Positions 1 to 9,632 of a DNA stretch of 64,000 bases are shown here, piece after piece. The notes under the pieces were generated by a model. The model did not search any database and was not told the origin of the DNA. It was given only the letters and a program-made list of their open reading frames with translations. Each line of letters opens with the position of its first letter. The stretch's first letter is position 1. Origin of the DNA: Opitutaceae bacterium (lineage in GTDB: Bacteria; Verrucomicrobiota; Verrucomicrobiia; Opitutales; Coraliomargaritaceae); contig JBPOFY010000002.1 in assembly GCA_051252375.1 (NCBI GenBank), forward strand, positions 288,001 through 352,000, in the 5' to 3' direction. The translations under genes were made by a program, and so were the position numbers.

Positions 1-134
1 AAAGCAGTTGGCACTAGCTCCATATACGTGGGTTTTGAAACTGCTGTAATTGCAGACAAGCTGATCTCCGGAACTTTATTACAGAAAAGGCCTAACCACA
101 ACGCTCCGCCTTTTGAAAACATCAACGAAGGATT

Positions 135-1667
135 CTATTCGCGGCGTGGCTCCCAGTGGATGACTAAGTCGTCGGGGCTACCAAGGCGGTCATCTTTCCC
201 GGCACTCGCAAGCGTAAAGCCATTCGCCTCGATCGTGTAGGTGTAAGATTGCTGAGTGGCCGGGTCGGTCGGCACCACGAGTCCGACTGACGCTTCCAGT
301 TCCGCTAAGCTATTAGGCAGCGGGTTTCCTGCTTTCGCATGGAGGCAAAGATTCACAGCAATTTGCAGTAAATCGAGACGTCGCTGACCATCGACGGTGT
401 TGGCACCCACTTTCTGATACGAAGGAACCGACATCAAAAGCAAGTTATCGAAAAATGCATGGGCTTCCTCAATCCGATCCCTTCGATCCGACATCGCTTT
501 GAGCTCTTCTAGGTTCACGGTTCCACTCTCCAAGTCGAATGTGCCTAAGTAATCGCCCATGAACCGAGCGTAGCGTGATAGCATCTGTAAATTCCAGCCT
601 TCGGCAGGCACGAACTGACGAAGCAATTTTGCCATCCACTGCTTAAAAACAAGCTCATGTTCAGAGAAGATCAATGGAACCTCTTCTGCGCTTCCGAATT
701 CACTGACAACTTCTTCCGGACTTTGAGCGAACCGTAACAGTGCATTAATCCCAGCGGTGACCTCATCTTGAAAAGTATGCCCAAGTCTTTGAACTAAGTC
801 AGTATTTGCACAAAGCGCTTCAATCTTTTCGAGTTGCTCAATATCAAAGACATCTTGAGACATACCCGCCCACACAATCTCGCTGACATAATTTCGCATA
901 ACGACGACCTCGATCATCTGGTTCACCAGAAAATGGGATTGAGAATTCAGGTTCGCGACGCGAGCCATTGCTTGGCAGTTTTCCAGCGCAAGCCCCGCAT
1001 CCCCTTCGTGTAAGGCCAAGATGGCTTCGGCGACTAATAGTCTCACAGATCTGCGAACGATTTTGAATGCAGGGATCGGTGAGGCAAAAGATAAACTATA
1101 GTCTCCAGGTAAATAGCTATCCGAACGTTGTTTACATTCGAGGCGGAGCTCTTCGAGGAGCGGACGATACGGTTCTATGATCTCGGCGAGCGCCTCCATC
1201 CGGTCGAGATGCGTGTCGCCAAAAATATCGAGCGACTCCGTCTCCGAGAGTGGAAAACCAAACACATCCTCTCTAGAGCCAAGCTTGAACGGGGCATATA
1301 GATCGTGCGTTTGTTGAGCCGCTTCTTCCGCCTCCTCTCCAAAAATCGCTTCCGCTTCCCAATCTCCGATATTATTATTTTTCCTATAATAACACGCGGT
1401 CATGATGCGCGACAGAGCTAGATTATCTTCCTCTGGGATGGGCTCGGGTATCAGCTCCGCCCAGTCCGTAGTGACCCCCTTAGCTTCTAGTCCGGCTTTG
1501 GTCTCACCCCATACGCGCGAACCTCTCCAGTTTTCAAAACTACTGAACAGAAATAAGGCGGCAAGGAGAAGGAGAAATCCAATAATAGAGATTTTGACCA
1601 ACTTCCGGAAAATTGACTTCTGTTTCGAAGGCTTTGATACGCTTGAAGACTTAGTGGGCTGGCTCAT
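135..1667 (-). CDS. Hypothetical membrane-anchored protein with a C-terminal pseudopilin(GspG)-like tail
   Basis: Long ORF. Likely ATG start at 1667 (MSQP...); the ORF track extends to 1748. One N-terminal TM helix. The C-terminal TDPATQQSYTY...FTLASAGKDDRLGSPDDL resembles the GspG C-terminal motif. Confidence 0.6.
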   Translation of the reverse strand: MSQPTKSSSVSKPSKQKSIFRKLVKISIIGFLLLLAALFLFSSFENWRGSRVWGETKAGLEAKGVTTDWAELIPEPIPEEDNLALSRIMTACYYRKNNNIGDWEAEAIFGEEAEEAAQQTHDLYAPFKLGSREDVFGFPLSETESLDIFGDTHLDRMEALAEIIEPYRPLLEELRLECKQRSDSYLPGDYSLSFASPIPAFKIVRRSVRLLVAEAILALHEGDAGLALENCQAMARVANLNSQSHFLVNQMIEVVVMRNYVSEIVWAGMSQDVFDIEQLEKIEALCANTDLVQRLGHTFQDEVTAGINALLRFAQSPEEVVSEFGSAEEVPLIFSEHELVFKQWMAKLLRQFVPAEGWNLQMLSRYARFMGDYLGTFDLESGTVNLEELKAMSDRRDRIEEAHAFFDNLLLMSVPSYQKVGANTVDGQRRLDLLQIAVNLCLHAKAGNPLPNSLAELEASVGLVVPTDPATQQSYTYTIEANGFTLASAGKDDRLGSPDDLVIHWEPRRE

Positions 1668-1880
1668 TATACTATGGCTTGGGGGGTGATTGATGCCTGC
1701 GCAGCGTAACAGTAAACATAACGTATGATAACATAAGACATCCAACAACCGAGGTCGAATTTAAAATACCGATACGTAGCATCGATGCCCCTCACCGAGG
1801 GACGAACGCGTGCGAAAGTCGAACACCCAATGTCAAGTCACATAGGTGAAATCGAATCCATCCACTTCTACGGGACACGA

Positions 1881-1910
1881 AAAAGGCCGAGCTGCAAAGC
1901 TCGGCCTTTT
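1881..1910. terminator. Intrinsic terminator (bidirectional-type hairpin) downstream of purH
   Basis: AAAAGGCCGAGC-tgcaaa-GCTCGGCCTTTT perfect stem flanked by A and T tracts. Confidence 0.85.
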
Positions 1911-1920
1911 GAAAGAATGG

Positions 1921-2000
1921 GAACATTGAACGTTCAATTTTGAATAACTACTGAGATCTCTTCTGATTATTCAGCGTTCGACGTTGGGCGTTCGACGTTC
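1921..2000. repeat. Inverted arrays of degenerate 7-bp units
   Basis: Left arm gaacatt-gaacgtt-caatttt-gaata. Right arm tattcag-cgttcga-cgttggg-cgttcga-cgttc is its imperfect reverse complement. Confidence 0.6.
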
Positions 2001-2012
2001 GTGCCGCAGGCA

Positions 2013-3560
2013 CTAGTGCTTAAAGTGACGCTTGCCGGTGAAGACCATTACCATGTCGCGCTCGTCGGCAGCGGCGATGACTTCTTCGTCGCGGACGGAA
2101 CCACCGGGCTGAATCGCGGCTTTGGCACCGGCTTCGGCTGCAGCAATCAGACCATCGGCAAATGGGAAGAATGCATCGGAAGCGACGACCGAACCATCGA
2201 GGTCCAGTCCGGCTTCGCCTGCTTTCCAAACTGCGATCTTCGAGCTATCCACACGGGACATCTGCCCAGCACCAACACCAAGCGTGCGTTCGCAACCTGC
2301 GTAAACGATGGCGTTGGACTTCACGTGCTTCACGACATTCCATCCGAAGATCATGGCGCGCATTTCCTCAGCAGTTGGCTGACGCTTGGAAACAATCTTC
2401 CAGTCACTTGGGCGATCTGGCATAGTGTCGCGATCTTGCATGAGCACGCCGCCGACAACGGAGCGAATTTCTTGCAGCGAATCGGCTGGTAAAGTGCCCT
2501 TCACTATCATGAGACGAAGGTTCTTCTTTTTCGCGAAAATCTCGCGGGCCGCTGGAGTGAAGTCCGGCGCAATGATCACTTCGCAGAAGATCTTACTGAT
2601 GATTGCAGCGAGGTCGGCATCCATTGTTTGGTTCACGACGATGATGCCACCGAATGGTGCTTGCTGATCAGTCACGAAAGCTTGCTCCCATGCCTCGACC
2701 AAGGTGTCTGCACTAGCGACACCACAAGGATTGGTGTGCTTGAGAATCGCCACAGTTGGCTTTTGGAACTCACCGATCAGGTAAGTCGCCGCGGTGATGT
2801 CGATGATGTTGTTAAAGCTCAGTTCCTTACCTTGAAGCTGCTCGAAGCAATCGAAGAAGCTACCGTAAAGCGCAGCCTTTTGGTGTGGATTCTCGCCGTA
2901 GCGGAGGCTCTGCACTTGTGGGAGTTGGATATCCAACTGAGAAGGAATGCCGGAGATGTCGCCGAGGTTCGGCTCATTCACCTGACCTTCGAGGTATTTC
3001 GCGATCGCACCGTCGTAAGAAGAGGTGCGTTGAAAGACCTTAAGGGCCAACTCGCGACGCAGTTGGGTCAATGCGGCATCGTCACCCATGGCAGCGAGCA
3101 CGCGATCGTAGTCAGCCGCATCGACGATAACAGAGACCGACGCATGGTTCTTCGCCGCAGAACGCAGCATCGAAGGACCGCCGATATCGATATTTTCAAT
3201 CGCAAGCTCGAAAGTGACGTCTGGCTTGGCGACGGTTTCTTCAAATGGGTAAAGGTTCACCACAACGAGATCGATCATCTCAATTCCGTGCTCTGCAGCG
3301 GCGGACATGTGGTCTGCTTTATCGCGACGAGCGAGCAGTCCACCATGGATTTTCGGGTGCAATGTTTTGACGCGCCCCTCCATCATTTCAGGGAAACCGG
3401 TGTAATCGCTGACTTCCGTGACAGGAATGCCCTCTTTTTCCAGAAGTTTCGCGGTGCCGCCAGTGGAAAGGAGACGGTAGCCGTGTTGCTCGACGAGCGC
3501 TTTAGCGAACGGCACGAGACCGGATTTATCGCTGACGGAGAGAAGTGCGTTTTTTTGCAT
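2013..3560 (-). CDS. purH: Bifunctional AICAR formyltransferase/IMP cyclohydrolase
   Basis: [45 protein letters not shown] and RHFKH motifs. Confidence 0.98.
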   Translation of the reverse strand: MQKNALLSVSDKSGLVPFAKALVEQHGYRLLSTGGTAKLLEKEGIPVTEVSDYTGFPEMMEGRVKTLHPKIHGGLLARRDKADHMSAAAEHGIEMIDLVVVNLYPFEETVAKPDVTFELAIENIDIGGPSMLRSAAKNHASVSVIVDAADYDRVLAAMGDDAALTQLRRELALKVFQRTSSYDGAIAKYLEGQVNEPNLGDISGIPSQLDIQLPQVQSLRYGENPHQKAALYGSFFDCFEQLQGKELSFNNIIDITAATYLIGEFQKPTVAILKHTNPCGVASADTLVEAWEQAFVTDQQAPFGGIIVVNQTMDADLAAIISKIFCEVIIAPDFTPAAREIFAKKKNLRLMIVKGTLPADSLQEIRSVVGGVLMQDRDTMPDRPSDWKIVSKRQPTAEEMRAMIFGWNVVKHVKSNAIVYAGCERTLGVGAGQMSRVDSSKIAVWKAGEAGLDLDGSVVASDAFFPFADGLIAAAEAGAKAAIQPGGSVRDEEVIAAADERDMVMVFTGKRHFKH

Positions 3561-3655
3561 AAATGAGTTGAGTTGATCTTTGAAGGGAAAGTGAAGTGCG
3601 GGATTAAAGCGCCTGCTGATTGCGCGCCAAGTCTTGAATTATTGTTAAGTGTAAA

Positions 3656-3666
3656 TAGCTTATGTC
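3656..3666. promoter_or_regulatory. Candidate ArsR operator half-site upstream of the rhodanese gene
   Basis: TAGCTTATGTC is the exact reverse complement of GACATAAGCTA at 4339-4349, upstream of the arsR gene. Confidence 0.45.
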
Positions 3667-3669
3667 CCA

Positions 3670-4185
3670 ATGAGCCAAAAAACCATTTCACCGCATGAAC
3701 TTCCGCAACTTTTCGTCAACCAAAGCACCGTCATCGACGTGCGCACGCCTGGCGAGTTCAACGCAGCCCATGTCAATGGCGCACAGCTCCAGCCACTGGA
3801 CCAGCTCGATGCGGCTTCATTTTGCCAGACATATGGCACCGAGAACCCTGTCTATGTGCTCTGCCAAAGTGGTAAACGTGCATGTATGGCAGCTGATAAG
3901 CTCATCGGCGCAGGTCACCAAAATGTAATCGTCGTCGAAGGCGGCACCGCAGCAGCTATCGAACACGGTCTCGACATTAATTATGGAAAAGGAGCCATCT
4001 CCATCGAACGACAAGTGCGTATCACCGCGGGGTCACTCGCCTTTTTAGGCACAATACTCGGCCTTTTCGTGCACGCTGGCTTTTTCGGCATCCCCGCCTT
4101 TGTCGGGGCTGGTCTCGTATTCGCAGGTGTCACCGATACGTGCGGCATGAGTATGATACTCTCGAAGTTCCCCTGGAATCGATAG
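3670..4185 (+). CDS. Rhodanese-domain sulfurtransferase with C-terminal DUF2892 membrane domain (YgaP-like)
   Basis: IDVRTPGEF...H, catalytic CQSGKRA loop, C-terminal ERQVR...GVTDTCGM TM hairpin. Confidence 0.9.
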   Translation: MSQKTISPHELPQLFVNQSTVIDVRTPGEFNAAHVNGAQLQPLDQLDAASFCQTYGTENPVYVLCQSGKRACMAADKLIGAGHQNVIVVEGGTAAAIEHGLDINYGKGAISIERQVRITAGSLAFLGTILGLFVHAGFFGIPAFVGAGLVFAGVTDTCGMSMILSKFPWNR

Positions 4186-4336
4186 CGCTAGGGTGACAAG
4201 TGCACCCACACTCAAATAGAGCACGGCCATTGGATCAAAGACTACCCGTCTTTGTGACATTTTTAGCGATCCAATCCGACCCGATATAAGGATTCATCAT
4301 GCCCCACAGAAGTAGCTCTACTTAAATTAAAACGTA

Positions 4337-4355
4337 TTGACATAAGCTAAGGTTA
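4337..4355 (+). promoter_or_regulatory. Perfect -35 box (TTGACA) overlapped by a candidate ArsR operator
   Basis: TTGACA at 4337-4342 overlaps GACATAAGCTA, which is shared with 3656-3666. ATAAGCTAAGGTTAT is an imperfect palindrome. The -10 box is unclear. Confidence 0.45.
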
Positions 4356-4374
4356 TCGCAAGAGTTTAATAGTA

Positions 4375-4719
4375 ATGAAACTCTTAAATCCAGTTGCCTT
4401 GGAAATTAAGACTCAATTTGAGAATAATGAGGCGCTGTGCCAGAAGGTCATAGGGATCTTTCAATTAGCGGCTAATAAGACTCGGTTCCGCATCATTTGC
4501 ACGCTCTCCAAAGGAGATTTCTGCGTAAATGACATTGCGGAAATCATCGGCGCCGAACGGCTATCAAATGTTTCACAGCAGCTAAAGATGCTACGCTTAG
4601 CTGGCTTGATCGAAAGTCGACGTGAGAAATCTCAAGTCATTTACAGCCTCACCGACGAGAAGGTTAGGCGCATGATCGCTTTCCTACAGGAAGAATTTCT
4701 ATCAACGGAGGGAACCTAA
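4375..4719 (+). CDS. ArsR/SmtB-family transcriptional repressor (BigR/SqrR-like, probable sulfur-species sensor)
   Basis: ANKTRFRIICTL...SNVSQQLKMLRLAGLI...YSL winged-HTH signature. Its stop overlaps the sqr start (TAATG). Confidence 0.9.
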   Translation: MKLLNPVALEIKTQFENNEALCQKVIGIFQLAANKTRFRIICTLSKGDFCVNDIAEIIGAERLSNVSQQLKMLRLAGLIESRREKSQVIYSLTDEKVRRMIAFLQEEFLSTEGT

Positions 4720-5972
4720 TGAAACATATATTGATACTCGGAGCGGGAACAGCGGGAACCATCATGGCAAACACACTCGCACGTAAGACGAGTGTTGATT
4801 GGACCATTACAGTCGTCGATCAATCGGCGGAGCACTATTACCAACCGGGCTTCCTATTCATGCCCTTCGGCATATATTCCGAAAAAGACGTGGTCAAAAA
4901 GCGGAAGCGCTTCCTGCCTTCAGCAGTCAATTATCAGCAAGCAGGTATCGATCGTATTCTGCCCGATGAAAATACAGTCCTTCTCGCGGACAAGAGTGTC
5001 TTAAAATATGACATACTCATCGTTGCAACTGGCTGCGACATTGCACCCACAGAGATCGAAGGGCTCACGGGACCGGACTGGAACAATCGAGCATTTGACT
5101 TCTACACTTTTGAGGGCGCACGACGTCTAACCAAAGCACTTCAAAATTGGAAAGGCGGTCGGCTTGTTATCAATATTGCCGAGATGCCAATCAAGTGCCC
5201 AGTCGCACCACTTGAGTTCGCCTTTCTTGCGGATTGGTGGCTCACCAAACAAGGGCTTCGAGATAAGACCGAAATCATATATTCCACTCCCCTATCTGGA
5301 GCTTTCACGAAACCCGTCGCCTCTGCCATTCTGAGCCACCTGCTAGAAGAAAAATCCATTAAAGTAGAACAGGATTTTTCTATTGGCAGCGTCGATACGG
5401 ACACTCACGAAATAGTCTCTTGGGATGAACGCCGGATCCCCTACGACCTACTGGTCTCCGTGCCACCCAATATGGGTAATGCCGTAATCGAGCGTTCCGA
5501 GTTGGGAGACGAATTAAACTTCCTGCCCACTGATCGCGATACGTTGAAACTGAAGGGGCATGAAAATGTCTTTGTGATTGGAGACGCTACAGATCTACCC
5601 ACTTCAAAAGCCGGATCGGTCGCGCACTTTGAAGCAGAGGTTTTAACGGAAAACATCCTTGCTCATATCAAGGGCAATGAGCTCGAAGCGCGTTTCGATG
5701 GTCATGCTAACTGCTTCATCGAATCGGGTTTCGGCAAAGGCTTCCTCCTCGACTTCAACTACGAGGTCGAGCCAGTGCAGGGTAAATTCCCGATTCCTTA
5801 CATCGGTCCATTCGGACTGCTCAAAGAGTCCCGACTCAACCACATCGGCAAGCTAGCTTTCCGACACATCTACTGGCACGCGCTGCTGAAGGGCTACCCG
5901 ATCCCGCTCGTTGGCCACCGCATGTCTACTCGAGGTAAAGAGCTGCCCGAAAGCATCAAAGCCAGCGCATAA
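4719..5972 (+). CDS. sqr: Sulfide:quinone oxidoreductase-family FAD oxidoreductase
   Basis: GAGTAG Rossmann motif, HYYQPGFLF, catalytic-type IKCPVAPLEF and FDGHANCFIE cysteines, IGDA. Confidence 0.85.
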   Translation: MKHILILGAGTAGTIMANTLARKTSVDWTITVVDQSAEHYYQPGFLFMPFGIYSEKDVVKKRKRFLPSAVNYQQAGIDRILPDENTVLLADKSVLKYDILIVATGCDIAPTEIEGLTGPDWNNRAFDFYTFEGARRLTKALQNWKGGRLVINIAEMPIKCPVAPLEFAFLADWWLTKQGLRDKTEIIYSTPLSGAFTKPVASAILSHLLEEKSIKVEQDFSIGSVDTDTHEIVSWDERRIPYDLLVSVPPNMGNAVIERSELGDELNFLPTDRDTLKLKGHENVFVIGDATDLPTSKAGSVAHFEAEVLTENILAHIKGNELEARFDGHANCFIESGFGKGFLLDFNYEVEPVQGKFPIPYIGPFGLLKESRLNHIGKLAFRHIYWHALLKGYPIPLVGHRMSTRGKELPESIKASA

Positions 5973-6006
5973 TTTTAATTAACCCCAACTAGAAAGAGAA
6001 CAAACC

Positions 6007-6321
6007 ATGTCGACCAAAGAAATAGCAGGAAAAAGCATCGAGCTAAACGATGAAGGTTACCTAACCGACCGCGCACAGTGGAACGAAGCAGTTGCTAATG
6101 CGATCGCTCAAGAAGAAGGCATCGAACTCACCGACGAGCACTGGAAAGTGCTGCGCTTCATCGAAACAGACTTCGCAGAAAAGCAAGCAGTCCCCGGCAT
6201 GCGACGTATGAATAAAGTCGGGGGCATCCCCACCAAAGAACTCTACCGGCTCTTCCCGAATGGCCCGATCAAAAAGGCCGCCCGAATCGCCGGATTCCCA
6301 AAACCAGCAAGTTGTGTCTAG
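6007..6321 (+). CDS. TusE/DsrC/DsvC-family sulfur relay protein (single C-terminal Cys)
   Basis: EGYL...WNE...LTDEHW, LYRLFPNGP, AARIAGFPKPASCV. The second conserved Cys of true DsrC is absent. Confidence 0.9.
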   Translation: MSTKEIAGKSIELNDEGYLTDRAQWNEAVANAIAQEEGIELTDEHWKVLRFIETDFAEKQAVPGMRRMNKVGGIPTKELYRLFPNGPIKKAARIAGFPKPASCV

Positions 6322-6333
6322 GAGGAAACTATT

Positions 6334-6831
6334 ATGAGTGCAGAAGAACCCATCAAAAAAGTATCCATCATCGTGTCCAAGGGCTCGCTCGAGGGCGTTT
6401 ACCCAGGGCTAATTATGGCTAACGGAGCCCGTATGGAAGGCATCGAAGCCAACTTGTTTTTCACCTTTTTCGGCCTTCACGCGATCGTGAAAAAGAAAAT
6501 GGATAGCCTAAAGATTGCCACCGTCGGTAACCCCGCCCTCTGCGTTCCAGATGCGATGGGCATGGCACTGCCCACGATCCTAGGAGCGATTCCAGGAATG
6601 TCTGCTTTTGCCACATCGATGATGAAAAAAGAAATGGAAAAAATCGATATCCCGCCCGTCGGCGAGTTTATGGAAATGATTCACGACGCCGGCTGTAATA
6701 TCTACGCCTGCAAAGCCACCGTCGACATGTTCAAGCTCAAGGACGACGACTTCTGCCCACAACTGGACAAGGTGCTCACCGTGGGTGAATTCTATGAAAT
6801 GTCCGCCGGCTCACAAATCATCTTCACATGA
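6334..6831 (+). CDS. DsrE/DsrF/DrsH-like (DsrE2-type) sulfurtransferase
   Basis: IIVSKGSL, LFFTFFGL, IYACKATVDMF and a C-terminal QIIFT. Confidence 0.88.
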   Translation: MSAEEPIKKVSIIVSKGSLEGVYPGLIMANGARMEGIEANLFFTFFGLHAIVKKKMDSLKIATVGNPALCVPDAMGMALPTILGAIPGMSAFATSMMKKEMEKIDIPPVGEFMEMIHDAGCNIYACKATVDMFKLKDDDFCPQLDKVLTVGEFYEMSAGSQIIFT

Positions 6832-6879
6832 TCGATCTGCTTTTTTCACCAACGCCACAACCCCATAACAAACAAGAAA

Positions 6880-8172
6880 ATGAATATCCCAAAGAAAATC
6901 ATATCTCTTCTCGTGTTGGCTATCCTCCCTAGTTGCTTGATGGCGACCAATGGCGATAACCTCATTGCAATTGGTCCGGTCGCCCGTGGCATGGGTGGTC
7001 TCTCGGTTTCCTATCCACAAGATCCAGTCAGTGCGGTCTTTGCAAATCCCGCGGCCATGTGTTTCGGGCCGTATTGTCCGATGTCTGAGGTGAATGCATC
7101 GGTGACAGCCTTCATGCCGACAGTTAAAGCATCGCTTAAGGATCCTGTCACAGGCAACCAAATCTCTGCCGATAGTGATGACCCCATCTACTTCATTCCT
7201 GCAATTGGAATTTCCCACCCCTTGCCATTCGGCGAGCAGAATCGCTGGCGCTTTGGCATATCGGCCTATGGTGTGAGCGGACTCGGAGTTGATTACAGAG
7301 GAACCGCACTGGATGATGCATTTCCCGGAACTGGTGGAATGTTGCCCTATTCTGAGGGGCTCTATACTCAATTACAAAAAATGAAAGTGGCCCCTGCAAT
7401 TGCCTATCAAGTTGCCCCGAATCTCTCGATAGGTGGTTCTATTCACTTCAATTATTCAGAATTGGAGATTGGCAGTCAGGATGCAGATGGAACTACATTT
7501 GGTTATCAAATTGGCATGCTGTATACGCCCCGAAAGAATGTTTTCGTAGGCTTGAGCTATACGAGCGCACAGGAAATCGACTATAAAGACATACTTCTGA
7601 CGCAGACAGGCACAGCAGACTTAGCACTCGAATCACCACAGCAAGTGGCTGCCGGAATCTCGATCGAGTTAATGGACAAACGCCTACTCCTTGGCATCGA
7701 GGGGCGCTGGATCAACTGGAGTAATGCGACTGGTTATAAAGACTTCGAGTGGGATGACCAGTATGCCTTAAGTATCGGGGGCCAATATCAATTGATCCCT
7801 GAAAAGCTCATTGTTCGGGCGGGTTACAACTATGCCAATAACCCTGTTTCAGAAAATGATGGGTGGGATGGCAGTTTTGATTTCTCAGGTCAGCCAGCTC
7901 CAAATGACGTAGTCATGGTGCAAGGCACCCCCTTCCCTCGCTATTACTATGAAACTTTCCGTGTCGTCGGTTTTCCTGCGATTGTCGAGCACCATGCCAC
8001 GGTCGGATTCACCTATAATGTCAATGAGCGGCTTGCGCTCAACTTTGCCTATATGCATGCTTTTGAAAACACCATTACAGAAAGCGGCACAAACCCCTTT
8101 GGCGCACCTACCGAAGTCGAATCGTCGTTGTATGAAGATAGCATCGAAATCGGTGTTAGCTGGCGCTTCTAG
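6880..8172 (+). CDS. OmpP1/FadL/TodX-family outer-membrane beta-barrel channel
   Basis: Signal peptide, mature N-terminus TNGDNLIAIGPVARGMGG...NPA, GLGVDY, alternating beta-strands, terminal VSWRF. Confidence 0.85.
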   Translation: MNIPKKIISLLVLAILPSCLMATNGDNLIAIGPVARGMGGLSVSYPQDPVSAVFANPAAMCFGPYCPMSEVNASVTAFMPTVKASLKDPVTGNQISADSDDPIYFIPAIGISHPLPFGEQNRWRFGISAYGVSGLGVDYRGTALDDAFPGTGGMLPYSEGLYTQLQKMKVAPAIAYQVAPNLSIGGSIHFNYSELEIGSQDADGTTFGYQIGMLYTPRKNVFVGLSYTSAQEIDYKDILLTQTGTADLALESPQQVAAGISIELMDKRLLLGIEGRWINWSNATGYKDFEWDDQYALSIGGQYQLIPEKLIVRAGYNYANNPVSENDGWDGSFDFSGQPAPNDVVMVQGTPFPRYYYETFRVVGFPAIVEHHATVGFTYNVNERLALNFAYMHAFENTITESGTNPFGAPTEVESSLYEDSIEIGVSWRF

Positions 8173-8196
8173 TTACACCCCAAACCCACAATCCAA

Positions 8197-8871
8197 ATGA
8201 GAAGTTACAGGGCACCCTATTTCGGCAGAGTATTTATCGCGATTCTCGCCACCAGCTTGCTCACTACCGCTCGCGGTTTTAGTGAAAGCGATCCCAACGA
8301 GAATCCGTGCAACGGCAGCACGCTTAATACGGATGCCTCCATGCTCGACCAAGGGTGCCCTGTTACGATCAAAGCGAAGACGCTGAAAAACCATGATATT
8401 GCGATGTCACTCCAGCTGCCGGCTCCCAGTAGCAAGCAGGGCAAAATCGCCCTCGGTTTAGCAGCTGATAAAACACACTTCCAGCTTGGCGAGTTGGAAG
8501 CGGACTTACTCGTCGTCATGGTATTTGATATGTATTGCCATGTCTGTCACCAGTCCTCCGAAAACATGCAGGCAGTCGCCGATCGACTGCAAAATGACCC
8601 AAACATCAAGAGCGTATGCATTCTTGGTCTAGGTCGCGGAGATACCGATTTCGAGGTGCAAACTTTTGTTAAGAAACTCGAGCTCGAGTTCACCTGCGTG
8701 GCCGACCGCGACAAATCAGTAACCGATGCGCTTGGTGTTCGTTTCACACCTTCTGGATTTCTATTTTGCCGAAAGACAGGCGAATACCGTCTCCTCTCTT
8801 CTTTTAGCGGATACCTAAGTAAGCCAAAAGTTGAAGAATTTCTCGCTCCTGTGCTTTCAGCAAATCATTGA
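8197..8871 (+). CDS. Exported thioredoxin-fold (TlpA/redoxin-like) protein
   Basis: Signal peptide, VFDMYCHVC active-site CxxC, and LGVRFTP cis-Pro loop. Confidence 0.7.
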   Translation: MRSYRAPYFGRVFIAILATSLLTTARGFSESDPNENPCNGSTLNTDASMLDQGCPVTIKAKTLKNHDIAMSLQLPAPSSKQGKIALGLAADKTHFQLGELEADLLVVMVFDMYCHVCHQSSENMQAVADRLQNDPNIKSVCILGLGRGDTDFEVQTFVKKLELEFTCVADRDKSVTDALGVRFTPSGFLFCRKTGEYRLLSSFSGYLSKPKVEEFLAPVLSANH

Positions 8872-8903
8872 TCGATCAAAGTTAAAGCGCTTTAATATCA
8901 TTC

Positions 8904-9497
8904 ATGAAGAATCGCCACTTTATCTGTTTTTCCATCTTAGGAATGCTACTGACAGCACTCCACATGAGTGCTCAAAGCGTTGAGCTGCCTACACTTATTT
9001 TTCAACCGCCACCAATGAGTGGCACTGACAGTGAGCTACGAGTCGCCATCGGTGATATAGCGCCCGACTTCAAGCTTCCCTCAATCAATGGTGAAGTCAT
9101 TCAGCTAAGCGATTATCGAGGTGATAAAAATGTGGTCATCTCCTTCGTCCCTGCGGCATGGACACCGGTCTGCTCTTCTCAATGGCCTGGCTACAACTTG
9201 GCGCTAGATTACTTCAAAGAATCAGATGCAGTGATTCTTGGTATCACTGTCGACAACTTACCCACCCTCTACGCTTGGACAACGGCGATGTCTGGTATCG
9301 ATTTCCCAGTCCTGTCCGATTTCTATCCACACGGCGAAGTCGCACAATCCTATGGCGTGTTGCGCAGTTCGGGCGTGAGCGAAAGAGCCTTATTCGTCAT
9401 CGATAAGCAGGGGATTATTCGCTACATCGATGTGCATGACATCAACGAGCGCCCACCACTTGAAGAACTGGTAAACGCAGTTCGAGCATTAAAGTAA
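8904..9497 (+). CDS. Exported 1-Cys peroxiredoxin (AhpC/TSA, AhpE-like)
   Basis: GDIAPDFKL, FVPAAWTPVC (PxxxTxxC), LSDFYPHGEVAQSYGV, ERALFVIDKQG. Confidence 0.88.
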   Translation: MKNRHFICFSILGMLLTALHMSAQSVELPTLIFQPPPMSGTDSELRVAIGDIAPDFKLPSINGEVIQLSDYRGDKNVVISFVPAAWTPVCSSQWPGYNLALDYFKESDAVILGITVDNLPTLYAWTTAMSGIDFPVLSDFYPHGEVAQSYGVLRSSGVSERALFVIDKQGIIRYIDVHDINERPPLEELVNAVRALK

Positions 9498-9632
9498 TAG
9501 TCGCCCAGCCCTCTTTAGGATCGTAGAGGTATTTATAACTGGTCTGCTTAAAAGCATTAATGTTCATCGCGTTAAACGATCTCAATCGCATCGCGAGACA
9601 CAGATCACGGATCCCGCATACCGAACAGCTAC

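Noticed and set aside
2628..3566. 312-aa plus-strand ORF
   Set aside because: Antisense shadow of purH with no recognisable motifs.
3561..3669. ZMP/ZTP or purine riboswitch upstream of purH
   Set aside because: The ~110-bp divergent intergenic region shows no recognisable aptamer consensus. An Rfam scan would be decisive.
6007..6831. Evidence for dissimilatory sulfite reduction or reverse Dsr
   Set aside because: The DsrC-like protein has only the terminal Cys, and no dsrAB or dsrMKJOP genes are in the window.
8197..8871. CHVCH as a c-type heme-binding motif
   Set aside because: It occupies the CxxC position of a thioredoxin fold (after a beta strand, with a downstream TP cis-Pro loop). 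The CxxCH match is probably coincidental.
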